Notes: generated by a model not told the origin, from the sequence alone. DNA of 64,000 nucleotides from Thermoplasmata archaeon (GCA_034667725.1 JAXDQS010000003.1:320001-384000); one strand, 5' to 3'. Positions 24,770 through 35,488 are shown, numbered from the stretch's first letter. Numbers and translations are program-made.

Positions 24770-26314
24770 CTAGCACTCGACCTGGCGCTGGTATTGTGCG
24801 CCGAAGTGTCCGCCGAGGTCTGCGACGTAGGCGACGTGGACGCAGCCGTCCTCGTCCAGGTCGATGCCGATGAGGTCGCCGGCGAAGCGGTAGTCCGGGT
24901 CGGCGCTGGCGCAGCCCGCGATGCAGGCGTCCCCTTGGTGAAGGCCGCGCGCCACGGCCGTCTCCTGCCACACGGGGTTGGGGCTGCCGGCGTCGTCGGT
25001 CTCGGCGACGTAGAGGGTCCAGTTGCCGCCGTTGCCGTTGGCCATCCCCTCCCGGTCGGAGCCGTAGTAGACCAGGGCGGCGCGGCCGTGCGGGCCGGCG
25101 GCGACGTAGCTGAAGGAGACGGCCTTGGCCTCGCTCGCGATCGGGAACGTCTGCCAGGACACGGCATCAAGGCTGCGCGCCGCCACCACCCGGGACGAGC
25201 CGCCCTCGACCGGCTCGCCGCTCGTCCACAAGGCGCCGTCGTGCTCGGCCAGCCACGGCAGGGCGACCGTGTTCGGGACCTTGGTGTCGCGCGACTGGAC
25301 GAAGCCGAGGCTGTCGACGCGCAGCAGCTGCTGGGTGCCCCCGGTGTACTCGATCTGCCAGTACGCCTCGCGGGTGGCGTCGTAGAGCATGTTGCCGTTG
25401 CGCACCGCCAGCAGCGTCGTGGCCGTCGCGGTGGGGACGTACTTCAGGCTCCCCGTCGTGGTGGTGGCCCAGACGTGGTGGTAAAGGCCCTCGTTGGTCT
25501 GGACGATGCCGTTGGCGGCGTCCTTGGCGGCGATCCACATCCGGTCGGTGGCGCCCGGGATGGCGAGGTTGTCGCAGGTCCAGGAGTCGCCGCGGTCGGT
25601 GCTGGTGCAGGCCAAGGTGCCGCCGGCGTAGCCCCAGGTGCGGCTGAACCAGAGCGAGCCGTCGCGGGCGACGTAGAGTGCGGTGTCGCTGGCCAGCACG
25701 GGCAGCGCGTCCACCGCGGTCGGGGAGACGTCCTGGAAGGTGGCGCCGCCATCGGTGCTGCGGTAGACGCTGTTGAGCGGCGAGTAGTAGATGGTGCCGT
25801 CGGACGCCACGGCCACCTGCGGCTCGGCGCCCGCGGCGTCGTCCCAGACGGTCACCGGCGGCGCCCACGCGCGCTGCGCCAGCGGCACCGGCACGGGCTC
25901 GGCCTGCGCTTCGACGGTCAGGTTGGCGGCCGGCTCGACGGAGGGCTCCTCCGAAGGCGGCGGCGCCGGCAGCGGCACCAGCACCAGCCGCACCGCCACC
26001 GGCCCCTTGGCCTCGACCGCGGCCGACGCCGCCTCGCGGCCGGGCGCGCGGCCGGTCAGCAGGCCGGCGCCGGGCGGGACGCTGAGGCGGGCGGCGCCGT
26101 CGCCGTCCACCGGGACGATGCGGTCCAGGCCGGGGAAGCGGAACTGGCAGGTGCCGTCCGTGACGGGGTCGCCGGCCGGGTCCACCAGCCGGCACGTGGC
26201 CGCCACCAGGTCCGAGGTCGCCGCGTTGGAGGTGGCGGCCGGCTGGGCCGGGCCGGCGCATCCGGCCCCCACGAGCAACGCCAAGGCCATCGCCCCGGCC
26301 CACCAGCCACGCAT
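24770..26314 (-). CDS. Lipoprotein with BNR/Asp-box (sialidase-like beta-propeller) domain
   Basis: Lipobox-like VGAGC; Asp-boxes STDGGATF, STDRGDSW, SLDAVSW; EPQ.AV..DG, DR.W. Confidence 0.8.
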   Translation of the reverse strand: MRGWWAGAMALALLVGAGCAGPAQPAATSNAATSDLVAATCRLVDPAGDPVTDGTCQFRFPGLDRIVPVDGDGAARLSVPPGAGLLTGRAPGREAASAAVEAKGPVAVRLVLVPLPAPPPSEEPSVEPAANLTVEAQAEPVPVPLAQRAWAPPVTVWDDAAGAEPQVAVASDGTIYYSPLNSVYRSTDGGATFQDVSPTAVDALPVLASDTALYVARDGSLWFSRTWGYAGGTLACTSTDRGDSWTCDNLAIPGATDRMWIAAKDAANGIVQTNEGLYHHVWATTTTGSLKYVPTATATTLLAVRNGNMLYDATREAYWQIEYTGGTQQLLRVDSLGFVQSRDTKVPNTVALPWLAEHDGALWTSGEPVEGGSSRVVAARSLDAVSWQTFPIASEAKAVSFSYVAAGPHGRAALVYYGSDREGMANGNGGNWTLYVAETDDAGSPNPVWQETAVARGLHQGDACIAGCASADPDYRFAGDLIGIDLDEDGCVHVAYVADLGGHFGAQYQRQVEC

Positions 26315-26358
26315 CGCAGGGACCCGCCGGCCAGGTTCTTGGAGTTTGCCAGGGTGCC

Positions 26359-27372
26359 TCAGGCGCGAATCTCGGCGACCGACTTGCCCCGGGCCGCCGC
26401 CGCGTTGGCCGTCGCGACGCGGGCGAACGCCTCCTGGGCCGCCTTGACGTTGCCGGCCTTGCCGACCCAGGCCTTCATGGCGGGCTCCTGGAGGGCGCGG
26501 CCGTAGCTGAAGGTGAGCTTCCACGGCTGCGGGCCGAGGGTGTTCATGATCCGCAGGTGCTCGGTGGCCTGCTCGGGCGACTGGCCGCCGCTCAGGAACA
26601 CGATGCCGGGCACGGCGGGCGGCACGTGGGCGCGCAGCAGGCGGACGGTGCGCTCGGCGACCTCGGCGGGCTTGGCCTGCACGGGGCACTTCTTGCCGGG
26701 CACGACCATGTTGGGCTTCAGCAGGATGCCGGGCAGGTGGACGCCCATGAGCTGCAGCTCGTGGAACACCTCGCGCCACGCGGCGGCGGTGACCTCCTCG
26801 CAGCGCTCGATGGTGTTGTCGCCGTCCATGAGGACCTCGGGCTCGACGATCGGGACCAGGCCGGCCTCCTGCGCGAGGGCGGCGTAGCGGGCCAGCGCGT
26901 GCGCGTTGGCGTGCAGGTTGGCCTGGGTCGGCAGGCCGGCGCCGATGGTGATGACGGCCCGCCACTTGGTGAAGCGGGCGCCCAGGGCGTGGTACTCCTT
27001 GAGGCGCTCGGACAGGCCGTCCAGGCCCTCGGTGATCTTCTCGCCCGCGTGCAGCGGCATGTCCTTGGCGCCGGTGTCCACCTTGATGCCGGGCAGGATG
27101 CCTTGCGACAGCAGGACCTGGGAGAGCGGGGTGCCGTCGGCGGCCTTCTGCCGGAGGGTCTCGTCGTAGAGGATGACGCCGGAGACCGACTTGGCGACGC
27201 TGGGGGCCGTGAACAGCAGGTGGCGGTAGTCGCGCCGGTTCGCCTCGGTGTTCTCGACGCCGAGGTCCTTGAAGCGCTTGGCGATGGTGCCCGTCGACTC
27301 GTCGGCCGCCAGGATGCCCTTGCCGTCCGCCACGAGCTGCTGCGCGACCTGTTCCAAGGCCTTCTTGTCCAT
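26359..27372 (-). CDS. fba: Class I fructose-bisphosphate aldolase (eukaryote-like glycolytic family)
   Basis: GKGILAADES.GT..KRF, PGIKVD.G, FTKWRAV, VPIVEPEV, LLKPNMV, FLSGGQS, FSYGRALQ. Confidence 0.95.
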   Translation of the reverse strand: MDKKALEQVAQQLVADGKGILAADESTGTIAKRFKDLGVENTEANRRDYRHLLFTAPSVAKSVSGVILYDETLRQKAADGTPLSQVLLSQGILPGIKVDTGAKDMPLHAGEKITEGLDGLSERLKEYHALGARFTKWRAVITIGAGLPTQANLHANAHALARYAALAQEAGLVPIVEPEVLMDGDNTIERCEEVTAAAWREVFHELQLMGVHLPGILLKPNMVVPGKKCPVQAKPAEVAERTVRLLRAHVPPAVPGIVFLSGGQSPEQATEHLRIMNTLGPQPWKLTFSYGRALQEPAMKAWVGKAGNVKAAQEAFARVATANAAAARGKSVAEIRA

Positions 27373-27430
27373 GCCGTCGCCACAGGAGGGGCGCGCATAA
27401 GTCTTAGGCCGCCGGCACCTGGCGGCCGGC

Positions 27431-27748
27431 GTGGCGGAGCGGGGCCTCGCGGCGTTGTCCTACCTCCCGGTGCCGGGCCTGGCCTACCTCGTGGCCCGGG
27501 CCCGTCCGAAGGACGAGCTGGTGCGCCACCACGCCCGCCAGGGCGGCCTCTTGACCATCGTCGCCTGCGGCCTCCTGGTGGCGCTCGGCCTCCTGGCCGG
27601 CATCGGGCCCGCCCGCCCCGTCGTGGCCGCGGTCGCCGCCGTGGTGCTGGCCGTCGCCGTGGCGGGCGCCCTGACGGGGGCCATCGGGGCGGGGCGGGGA
27701 CGGTTCGTGCGGCTGCGGCCGCTGTGGGATGTCTTGGCGAGGTCGTGA
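27431..27748 (+). CDS. Small membrane protein (DUF4870-like)
   Basis: LAALSYL...D..VR.HA.QG...A..G....LP-like pattern. Confidence 0.7.
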   Translation: MAERGLAALSYLPVPGLAYLVARARPKDELVRHHARQGGLLTIVACGLLVALGLLAGIGPARPVVAAVAAVVLAVAVAGALTGAIGAGRGRFVRLRPLWDVLARS

Positions 27749-27750
27749 CG

Positions 27751-27827
27751 CTTCGGTGGGTTCGGTGGCCTCGGTGGATGGTCGCGCGTAGCGCACCAGT
27801 CCACCGAGCGCACCGAGGACACCGAAG
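27751..27827. repeat. Palindrome of 3x9-nt units per arm (TCGGTG/CACCGA variant)
   Basis: CTTCGGTGG-GTTCGGTGG-CCTCGGTGG ... CCACCGAG-CGCACCGAG-GACACCGAAG, with central GCGC-GTA-GCGC hairpin; between convergent genes. Confidence 0.85.
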
Positions 27828-27831
27828 ACGG

Positions 27832-29043
27832 TTAGTGTTCGAGCTGCACGTCGTAGCCGGCCGCCTTGAGCCCGTTCACCAGCTCCTCGATGTGCGCCGG
27901 CCCGCGGGTCTCGACGTGGACCTCGACGTTGGTGCGGTTGATGCTGATGTCGACGCGGTGGCGGTCGTGCCGGATGTCGATGACGGACGCCTTGTGGAAC
28001 GCGATGCGGTTCAGGAGGCCGGCGAGGGAGCCGGGGCGGTCGCTGATGGTGAGCGACAGGATGGCGATGCGGCCCTCGGCCACGAGCCCGCGGCGGATGA
28101 TGCGCGACATCAGCGTCATGTCGATGTTGCCGCCGGAGACGATGGCGCACGCCTGGCGGCCGGCGAGGTCCACCTTCTTGGTGACGGCGGCGGCGAGCGT
28201 CACGGCCCCCGCGCCCTCGGCGACGGCCTTGGTGCGCTCCAGGAGGAACAGGATGGCGGCGGCGATGTCGGGCTCGCCGACGGTGACGATCTTGTCGACG
28301 CGCTCGCGGATGATGGGCAGCGTGACGGTGCCGGGGGTGCGCACGGCGATGCCGTCGGCCATGGTGTCGGCGTGGTCGAGGCGGATGGCGACGCCCTTCT
28401 GGAGGCTGGGGGCCATGGTGCTGGCGCCCTCGGCCTGGACGCCGATGACCTCGATGTCGGGCCGCATCCCCTTGAGGGCGGTCGCGACGCCGCTGATGAG
28501 CCCGCCGCCGCCGACGGGGACGAGCACGGTCTCGACGTCGGGCAGGTCCTCCAGGATCTCCAGGCCGAGGGTGCCTTGGCCGGCCATGATGTGCGGGTCG
28601 TCGAAGGCGTGGACGTAGGTGGCGCTGGTCTTCTCCTGGAACCGGAGCGCGTGCTCGTAGGCCTCCTGGTAGTCGGCGCCGGCGAGGTGGACGCGGGCGC
28701 CGTAGCCGCGGGTCGCCGTGACCTTGGCGAGCGTGGCCTCCTCCGGCATGAAGATGTCGCACGCGACGCCGGCCTTGCGGGCGGCGAACGCGACGCCCTG
28801 CGCGTGGTTGCCCGCGCTGGCGGCCACGACGCCGCGCCGGCGCTCGTCGGCGTCCAGGCGGTGGATCTTGTTGAGCGCGCCGCGGACCTTGAACGAGCCC
28901 GTCACCTGGAAGTTCTCGAGCTTGAGGTGGAAGTCGGCGCCGGTCATCTCGCCCAGCGTGCTCGAGCGCTTCATCGGGGTGTGCCGCGCGACGGGACGCA
29001 CGACGGGGAGCGCCGCCTGGACGTCCGCCAGGGAAAGGACCAC
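27832..29043 (-). CDS. ilvA: Threonine ammonia-lyase (medium form with one ACT domain)
   Basis: KLENFQVTGSFKVRGA PLP lysine, SAGNHAQGVA, PVGGGGLISG, DRPGSL ACT. Confidence 0.93.
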   Translation of the reverse strand: MVLSLADVQAALPVVRPVARHTPMKRSSTLGEMTGADFHLKLENFQVTGSFKVRGALNKIHRLDADERRRGVVAASAGNHAQGVAFAARKAGVACDIFMPEEATLAKVTATRGYGARVHLAGADYQEAYEHALRFQEKTSATYVHAFDDPHIMAGQGTLGLEILEDLPDVETVLVPVGGGGLISGVATALKGMRPDIEVIGVQAEGASTMAPSLQKGVAIRLDHADTMADGIAVRTPGTVTLPIIRERVDKIVTVGEPDIAAAILFLLERTKAVAEGAGAVTLAAAVTKKVDLAGRQACAIVSGGNIDMTLMSRIIRRGLVAEGRIAILSLTISDRPGSLAGLLNRIAFHKASVIDIRHDRHRVDISINRTNVEVHVETRGPAHIEELVNGLKAAGYDVQLEH

Positions 29044-29068
29044 GGGCCGCAGGACCCTGGGTCGCGCG

Positions 29069-30052
29069 TTAAGGCTTCGCAGCGGCGGCGGGCGGCAGCC
29101 GGGCCCGGTTGACCACCAGGACGCCGACGATGACGAGCGCGCCGCCGAGGACGAAGTAGGGGGTCATCGGCTGGGCCGGGTAGCGTCCCGGGTCGAGGGC
29201 CGCCAAGGCAAGGGCGGCGAGGGCGGCCACGACCGGGTTGAAGTAGATGTACGTGGCAACGCTGCTGGCGGCGCGCTGCTTGATGGCGTGGTTCCACATG
29301 GCGTAGCCGAGCGCGGTGGACAGCAGGGCGAGGAAGGCGAGCCAGAACCAGCCTTGGCCGTCGAGGGCCGCAAGCGGGGCGGTGCCGTACCAGAAGGCGA
29401 GCGGCAGCAGGGTGGCGACGCCGAGGCTGAGGGTGGTTCCCGTGACGAACAGGCCGCCGTGCTTGGCGATGATGGGCTTGGTGTAGATCGAATAGAGCGC
29501 CCACGACAACGGGGCCAGGAGGCCGATGCCGGCCTTGGCGGCGACCGTGACCTCGGCATCGCCGTGCCCCTTGAGGACGACCAGCACGACGCCCGCGAAC
29601 GCCAGGACGGACCCAAGCACGGCGAGGGGGCGGGCGTTCTCGCGGCCGGTGGCCACCGAGACGCCGAGCGTCCAGAGCGGCGTGGTGGCGACCAGGAGGG
29701 CCCCCGTGGCGGGGCTGACGGCGCCGTCGCCCGCCATCGCCCAGTTGAGGCTGAAGTGGTAGCCGACGACGCCGAGGAAGCCGAGCAGGCCCATGCGGAT
29801 CCAGTCGAGGCCGGAGACGGCGCGGAACACGGCGCGGCGGCGCAGCAGCAGGTAGGCGCCGTACAACAATGGGAACGGCACGTAGCGGTACCAGGTGAGC
29901 TGGAACGGGTCGAGGGTGCGCTCCAGGTACTGGATGCCCGGGAACGCCGTGCCCCAAATCAGCACCAGGCCCACCATCATGGCGTCGACGCGGTCGAAGC
30001 CGAAGCCGCTCCTTGCCGCCGGGGCCATGGCGCGGCCACCTGGAGCCGCCAT
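29069..30052 (-). CDS. DMT/EamA family transporter
   Basis: Ten TMs in two EamA repeats; alternative start 30028. Confidence 0.9.
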   Translation of the reverse strand: MAAPGGRAMAPAARSGFGFDRVDAMMVGLVLIWGTAFPGIQYLERTLDPFQLTWYRYVPFPLLYGAYLLLRRRAVFRAVSGLDWIRMGLLGFLGVVGYHFSLNWAMAGDGAVSPATGALLVATTPLWTLGVSVATGRENARPLAVLGSVLAFAGVVLVVLKGHGDAEVTVAAKAGIGLLAPLSWALYSIYTKPIIAKHGGLFVTGTTLSLGVATLLPLAFWYGTAPLAALDGQGWFWLAFLALLSTALGYAMWNHAIKQRAASSVATYIYFNPVVAALAALALAALDPGRYPAQPMTPYFVLGGALVIVGVLVVNRARLPPAAAAKP

Positions 30053-30102
30053 ATGCGGGTTTGGGAACGATTATGGCCACGGCCCCTGTGGGCCGAAAGA
30101 GC

Positions 30103-31500
30103 ATGGACCTGGACGCGCCCCACGGCAAGATCGAGGAGGCGCCCACGCCCACGCCGGACCCCGCGGCCCAGCCGCCGTCGGAGCCGCGGCCGACGTTCCT
30201 CGACCGGCTCCCCGTGTGGATCGTCCCGGCCCTTCTGGTCGGCATCCCGCTCGCCATCGCCCTCGGCGCCGCCGTCGCGCCCGAGGCGGTGTACGACGGC
30301 TTCGTCTGGAAGTACTACTGGGGCCCGATCCACGCCGACGCCTCCAACGTCGGCGCCGAGTGCCTGCGGGCCGACGGCGCCATCGTGCGGGGCGCGTGCG
30401 GCCCGGCCGGCGGCGTCACGGCCGAGTCCGGCTACAACGTCGTCAACACCGCCACCTGGGCCGCGCTCTTGGGCCTCTGCCTGGTGGGCGTGGCGCAGCT
30501 CCTGGCCCGCCGCAAGACCGTGATGGGCGGCACCCTCATCGTCGGCGCCGTCGGCTGGGTGGTCGCGGGCTCGGTGTTCCACGTGCTCGAGGACGTCGGG
30601 CTGTTCGCGCCGCCGACGCAGTACTTCTTCATCACGCCGCCCATCTACCTGCTGTTCGCCGCGATGGGGGTCGTGACCTTCGTCCTCGGCCATTACCTCA
30701 AGGGGGTCGCGGAGCGGGCCAACCTCGAGCTGGCGCTCCAGAAGCTGCTGTTCGTCGTCGCCCTCCCCATCGTCGGCTACCTGCTGCTCTGGGCCCGCAC
30801 CAACGAGACCCTGAGCGGCCAGGTGACGGCCTACCTCAACCCCATCGTCGTGACGGTGTTCGGGCTTGCCGCCTACCTGGGCGCCTGCGTCCGGTTCCGC
30901 CGCCTCGGCCGCATCGACCCCAGCGAGCTCGTCGGCTGGATGAGCCTCGGCTGGATTCTCACCAGCCTCGCCTACGTGGCCCTCTACCTGCAGTCGCCGT
31001 GGCCGGACCCCGCCACCGGCCGCGTCGACGGCGGCGACGGCCTGCTGACGGCGCTGTGGGCCCCCGTCCTTGCGCTCCTGGGCGTCCTTGCCGTCCGCCT
31101 CGTGGCCAAGGCCATCAAGAACCCGAAGGCCAAGGCCTACCTCGACCCCATCAACGGCCTCCTCATCTACAGCCAGCTGCTGGACGGGTTCGCCACCAGC
31201 ATCGGCATCGACACCGGCGCCTACACCGAAAAGCACGTGCTGTCCGACGCCGTCATCCAGCGCACCCACGACCTCGGCGTCGCCATCGGCTTCGGCCCCA
31301 TGGCAGACTACCCCAGCTTCTTCGGCTTCCTGCCCATCAAGCTCGCCCTCAGCCTGCTCGTGGTGTACGCCATCGACGTCTCCAACCCGAAGGAGGCACA
31401 ACGCAACCCGACCCTCATCGGCCTGGTGAAGTTCGCCATCATCATGGTCGGCCTGGGGCCCGGCATCCGCGACTTCGTCCGGATGGCTTTGGGCGTCTAG
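30103..31500 (+). CDS. DUF63 family archaeal membrane protein
   Basis: YYWGPI, GYNVVNT, V.ED, FITPPIY, LDG.AT, Y.EKHVL, GLGPGIRD. Confidence 0.88.
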   Translation: MDLDAPHGKIEEAPTPTPDPAAQPPSEPRPTFLDRLPVWIVPALLVGIPLAIALGAAVAPEAVYDGFVWKYYWGPIHADASNVGAECLRADGAIVRGACGPAGGVTAESGYNVVNTATWAALLGLCLVGVAQLLARRKTVMGGTLIVGAVGWVVAGSVFHVLEDVGLFAPPTQYFFITPPIYLLFAAMGVVTFVLGHYLKGVAERANLELALQKLLFVVALPIVGYLLLWARTNETLSGQVTAYLNPIVVTVFGLAAYLGACVRFRRLGRIDPSELVGWMSLGWILTSLAYVALYLQSPWPDPATGRVDGGDGLLTALWAPVLALLGVLAVRLVAKAIKNPKAKAYLDPINGLLIYSQLLDGFATSIGIDTGAYTEKHVLSDAVIQRTHDLGVAIGFGPMADYPSFFGFLPIKLALSLLVVYAIDVSNPKEAQRNPTLIGLVKFAIIMVGLGPGIRDFVRMALGV

Positions 31501-31504
31501 CGCG

Positions 31505-32422
31505 CTACAGCACGGCCTGCTTGGGCTTGGCGGCCTTCTTCGCCCGCACGAGGGGCTCGTCGGTGCGCAGCGACCGCAGCAGCGCGATCTCCTTCTTCCA
31601 CGACTCCGGCCCCTCCGGCGTCTCGAGGTAGCCGGCCACGCCGTCCAGGCGGCGGTCGTTGACGAGGGTCCGGAAGAACTCCAGCCCCAGCAGCCCCTCG
31701 CCGATGGTGTCGTGGCGGTCGACGCGGGCGCCGCACGGCTGCTTCGAGTCGTTGAGGTGGAACGCCACCAGGTGCTTGCGGCCGACGGCGGCCTCGAAGC
31801 CGTCCCAGCACTCGTCGTAGTGGTCGCGCCAATCGTAGCCGCACGCCCACGAGTGCTGGGTGTCGATGGTGACGCCGACGCGGGCCTTGTCGGACACGGC
31901 GTCCACCAGGCGGCCGACCTCCTCCCACGAGTTGCCGACGTTGGTGCCTTGGCCGGCGGCGTTCTCGATGACGAGCTTGCAGCCCGAGCCTTTGGTCTCG
32001 TCCAGCACTTGGTTCATGCAGGCGGCGATGCGGTCGAGGCAGGCGTCGCGGACCCGACGGTCGTCCCTGAGCTTCTTGTCCTCCTCGCAGTGGCTCCCGG
32101 GGTGGAAGTTGAGGTAGTGGACGCCGAGCAGCTCGCTGCGCTGGTACTCGTCCAAGAAGGCAAGGCGGGCCTGCTCGCGCTTGCCGTCGTCCGGGTGGCC
32201 CATGTTGATGAGGTACGAGTCGTGCACCATGAGGGGCCCGACCTTGGCGGCGGCCACCGCGTCCCGGAACGCCTTGGCGTCCTCGGGCGCGATGGGCTTC
32301 GCCTTCCACTGGCGCTGGTTCTTGCAGAACATCTGCAGCGCGTCGCCGCCGATCGCGACGCACTCCGCGACCGCGTTGTGGAGTCCCCCGGCGATGGAGT
32401 TGTGGGCGCCGAGCTTCATCAT
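31505..32422 (-). CDS. nfo: Endonuclease IV (AP endonuclease)
   Basis: GAH.SIAGG, HDSYLIN, HPGS, IENAAGQG, DTQH, HLNDSK, DRH, ETP. Confidence 0.95.
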   Translation of the reverse strand: MMKLGAHNSIAGGLHNAVAECVAIGGDALQMFCKNQRQWKAKPIAPEDAKAFRDAVAAAKVGPLMVHDSYLINMGHPDDGKREQARLAFLDEYQRSELLGVHYLNFHPGSHCEEDKKLRDDRRVRDACLDRIAACMNQVLDETKGSGCKLVIENAAGQGTNVGNSWEEVGRLVDAVSDKARVGVTIDTQHSWACGYDWRDHYDECWDGFEAAVGRKHLVAFHLNDSKQPCGARVDRHDTIGEGLLGLEFFRTLVNDRRLDGVAGYLETPEGPESWKKEIALLRSLRTDEPLVRAKKAAKPKQAVL

Positions 32423-32451
32423 GGCAGGCGCGCCAAGCCGCGGCCCCGGGT

Positions 32452-33081
32452 TTACTTTTTGGCCTTCACGACGGCCTTGACGGCGCCGTTGTGCGCGGCC
32501 TGGAAGTACGCCTGCGACTTCTTCGGGTCCGCCACCATCGCGGGCGCGCCGGGCTTCCAGTCGGCGGGGCAGACCTCGCCGTGCGTCTCGTTGTGCTGCA
32601 AGGCGTCCACGACGCGGATGGCCTCGTCGATGCTGCGGCCCAGCGGATGGTCGTTGACGAGGGCCTGGCGCACGACGCCCTTGCGGTCGATCAGGAACAG
32701 GCCACGGTAGGCGGTGCCGTCGTCGGCCAGCACGTCGTAGGCGTTGACGATGGTGCGCTTCAGGTCGGCCACGAGCGGGTAGCGGACGTCGCCGATGCCG
32801 CCCTGGCTGCGGGGCGTGTTCTTCCAGGCGAGGTGGCTGAACTCGGAGTCCACGCTGACGCCGACGACCTGGACGTTGCGCTGCTCGAACTCGGCCACGC
32901 GGTCGCTGAACGCGATGATCTCCGTCGGGCAGACGAACGTGAAGTCCAGGGGATAGAAGAACAGCAGCGTGTACTTCGGCGACTTGCCCGACCAGTTCTT
33001 GGACAGCGTGTAGTCGACGAAGTCTTGGCCGACGACGGCCTTGGCGGTGAAGTCGGGGGCAGGCTTGCCAACGAGGACCAT
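32452..33081 (-). CDS. ahpC: 2-Cys peroxiredoxin
   Basis: [14 protein letters not shown] and GEVCPADW. Confidence 0.95.
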   Translation of the reverse strand: MVLVGKPAPDFTAKAVVGQDFVDYTLSKNWSGKSPKYTLLFFYPLDFTFVCPTEIIAFSDRVAEFEQRNVQVVGVSVDSEFSHLAWKNTPRSQGGIGDVRYPLVADLKRTIVNAYDVLADDGTAYRGLFLIDRKGVVRQALVNDHPLGRSIDEAIRVVDALQHNETHGEVCPADWKPGAPAMVADPKKSQAYFQAAHNGAVKAVVKAKK

Positions 33082-33255
33082 GGGCCGGCCGACGAAGGGG
33101 GGCGCTTTAGGGGTTCTGGCAGGAGTGGGCTCCAATCCCATGCTGGAAAAGCAAGCAGATCGGGCCGATTGTTGATGGAAAAGCCGCGATTAGCCAAAAC
33201 CTTCATGGGAGACACAAGGGTCCGACGTTCGGTCTTCGGACCAAGGTTGAACACC

Positions 33256-33576
33256 ATGAACAAGACAATCGTGCTAGGAATCGTATTGCTGATGTTGGGG
33301 ACGCTGGCCTTGGTCCCATCGGCGGCGGCGCAAAAGCCAAAGCCCATTGACTGCACCATTCATGGGCCCCCGCGGGGAACCATTGTCGGAGAGGTCCTCT
33401 ACATGGCGGGGGTCGCCGTCGAAGGCGCCTGCATCATCGCGAACCTCGCCGCGGATGGAAGCAAGGAAACAATCGACCGCACGCTTGATTACGCCGACGA
33501 AACAGTTAGCCGTACGCGTGCGATGGCCATGGAAGTAGTGCACAGCTGGTGCGTCATTGTCGGCCTCCCGTGCTAA
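33256..33576 (+). CDS. Small secreted protein, low-GC
   Basis: Signal peptide MNKTIVLGIVLLMLGTLALVPSAAA; four Cys; ends GLPC. Confidence 0.7.
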   Translation: MNKTIVLGIVLLMLGTLALVPSAAAQKPKPIDCTIHGPPRGTIVGEVLYMAGVAVEGACIIANLAADGSKETIDRTLDYADETVSRTRAMAMEVVHSWCVIVGLPC

Positions 33577-33785
33577 CCTTCAGATTTCCTGATGAACAGG
33601 CCCTGACGGAGTTCTCTTCGTAAGAAGCCTAGGAAGGACCTTTTTCTTTTTTCGGCACAGCTTTTGCACTTCAAATCAAAGGCAAGCGGGCCAACCACGA
33701 ATTGCACGCCCGAAGTTTCGTGCACTTTATGGGATTCGTGGTCTGCATGGGCCTTCACCATCTGGCGTGCAAAACCCCTTGGCAC
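33573..33785 (-). CDS. Possible small His/CxxC protein, low-GC
   Basis: HADHESH and CKSC motifs; atypical codon usage. Confidence 0.4.
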   Translation of the reverse strand: MPRGFARQMVKAHADHESHKVHETSGVQFVVGPLAFDLKCKSCAEKRKRSFLGFLRRELRQGLFIRKSEG

Positions 33786-33824
33786 GCGTTCAATCCGTGC
33801 CGCCAGCCGGACCGCAAGCGACGT

Positions 33825-35159
33825 TTATTCGGGAACCGTCACCAATCCCCTCAACTGCACCGCTTCCGCCACCCGCCCCACCGCGACGACGTACGCCGCG
33901 GTGCGCATGTCGGTCTTGAGGCGCTTGTGGGTCTCGTAAACCGCCTTGAACGCGGCCGTCATCTTGGCGTCGAGCTTCTGGTAGACCTCCTCGGCCGGCC
34001 AGTAGTAGCCGTAGAGGTTCTGGACCCATTCGAAGTAGGACACGGTGACGCCGCCGGAGTTGGCGAGGAAGTCCGGGATCTGCAGGATGCCCTTCTGGAA
34101 CAGGATCTTGTCGGCCTCGGGGGTGGTGGGGCCGTTGGCGAGCTCGACGACGATGCGGGCCTTGACCTTGGCCGCGTTGCCTTGGTGGAGTTGGTTCTCG
34201 ATGCCGGCGGGGATGAGGACGTCGACGTCCAGCTCCAGGAGCTCCTCGTTGGTGATGCGGCGGGTGCTGGGGAAGCCTTGGACGACGCCCTTGCGCTCCT
34301 TGAAGTCGGCCAGCTTGGCGTAGTCGAGGCCGGTGGGGCTGTAGACGCCGCCCTTGGAGTCGGACACGGCGACGACCTTGGCGCCGAACATCTCGGTGAC
34401 GAGCTTGTGGGCGAACTGGCCGGCGTTGCCGAAGCCTTGGATGGCGACGGTGGCGCCCTTGAGCTTGAGGCCGATCTCGCGGGCGGCTTCCCGGAGGTGG
34501 TACATGCCGCCGCGGGCGGTGGCGTCGCCGCGTCCGGCCGAGCCGCCCAAAGGCAGCGGCTTGCCCGTGATGAAGCCGGGCTCGTTGGCGCCGTGGATGA
34601 CCGACATCTCGTCCATCATCCAGGCCATGATTTGGGGCGTGGTGTAGACGTCGGGGGCGGGGACGTCCTTGTAGGTGCCGACGATCTGGTGGACGGCGCG
34701 CACCCAGCCGCGGCTCAGGCGCTCCAATTCGCCGGCGCTCATCGCCTTGGGGTCGCAGATGACGCCGCCCTTGCCGCCGCCGTAGGGAATGTCCGCGACG
34801 GCGCACTTCCAGGTCATCCAGGCCGCGAGGGCGCGCACGGTGTCGGCGGTCTCCTCGGGGTGGTAGCGGATGCCGCCCTTGGTGGGGCCGCGGGCGTCGT
34901 TGTATTGGCAGCGGAAGCCGGTGAACGTCTTGGTGGTGCCGTCGTCCATCCGCACCGGGATGCGGACCTGGAGGAACCGTTGCGGCTCGGAGAGGTACTC
35001 GTGCATCGCGGCGTCGAGGCCCATGACCTTGGCGGCCTTGGCCAACTGGGACTGGGCGATGCGGAAGGGGTTGAGCTCCTCCTGCGCCGGCAGGTGGCCG
35101 TTGGCCTCCAGGCGGACGATGGTCTTGCTTGGGCGCGGCTGCGTGACGGTCTTGGCCAT
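33825..35159 (-). CDS. gdhA: Glutamate dehydrogenase
   Basis: [61 protein letters not shown]. Confidence 0.96.
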   Translation of the reverse strand: MAKTVTQPRPSKTIVRLEANGHLPAQEELNPFRIAQSQLAKAAKVMGLDAAMHEYLSEPQRFLQVRIPVRMDDGTTKTFTGFRCQYNDARGPTKGGIRYHPEETADTVRALAAWMTWKCAVADIPYGGGKGGVICDPKAMSAGELERLSRGWVRAVHQIVGTYKDVPAPDVYTTPQIMAWMMDEMSVIHGANEPGFITGKPLPLGGSAGRGDATARGGMYHLREAAREIGLKLKGATVAIQGFGNAGQFAHKLVTEMFGAKVVAVSDSKGGVYSPTGLDYAKLADFKERKGVVQGFPSTRRITNEELLELDVDVLIPAGIENQLHQGNAAKVKARIVVELANGPTTPEADKILFQKGILQIPDFLANSGGVTVSYFEWVQNLYGYYWPAEEVYQKLDAKMTAAFKAVYETHKRLKTDMRTAAYVVAVGRVAEAVQLRGLVTVPE

Positions 35160-35248
35160 GGAAGCACCCCAAAAGGAGGTGCGTCGGGATGTTGGGTGCC
35201 GCACTTGAAGGTGATGCACCTGCACCGTTCAGCCGATGGCCTCTGGGC

Positions 35249-35488
35249 TCAGACGTTCACGACGGCCTTGACTTCGGGCACCCGCTCCTTCAGGATGCGC
35301 TCGATGCCGGCCTGCAAGGTCAGCGTGCTCATCCCGCACCCCTGGCACGCGCCGTGCATCCGCAACTGGACGACGCCGGTGTCCTCGGAGAAGTCCACCA
35401 GCTCCGCGTCGCCGCCGTCGAACTGCAGCGCCGGCCGGATCTCGTCGAGCGCCGCCTGCACCCGCACCAACAGCTCCTCTTTGCTCAT
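35249..35488 (-). CDS. NifU C-terminal domain (Nfu) Fe-S carrier
   Basis: IRPALQFDGGD, GACQGC. Confidence 0.93.
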   Translation of the reverse strand: MSKEELLVRVQAALDEIRPALQFDGGDAELVDFSEDTGVVQLRMHGACQGCGMSTLTLQAGIERILKERVPEVKAVVNV

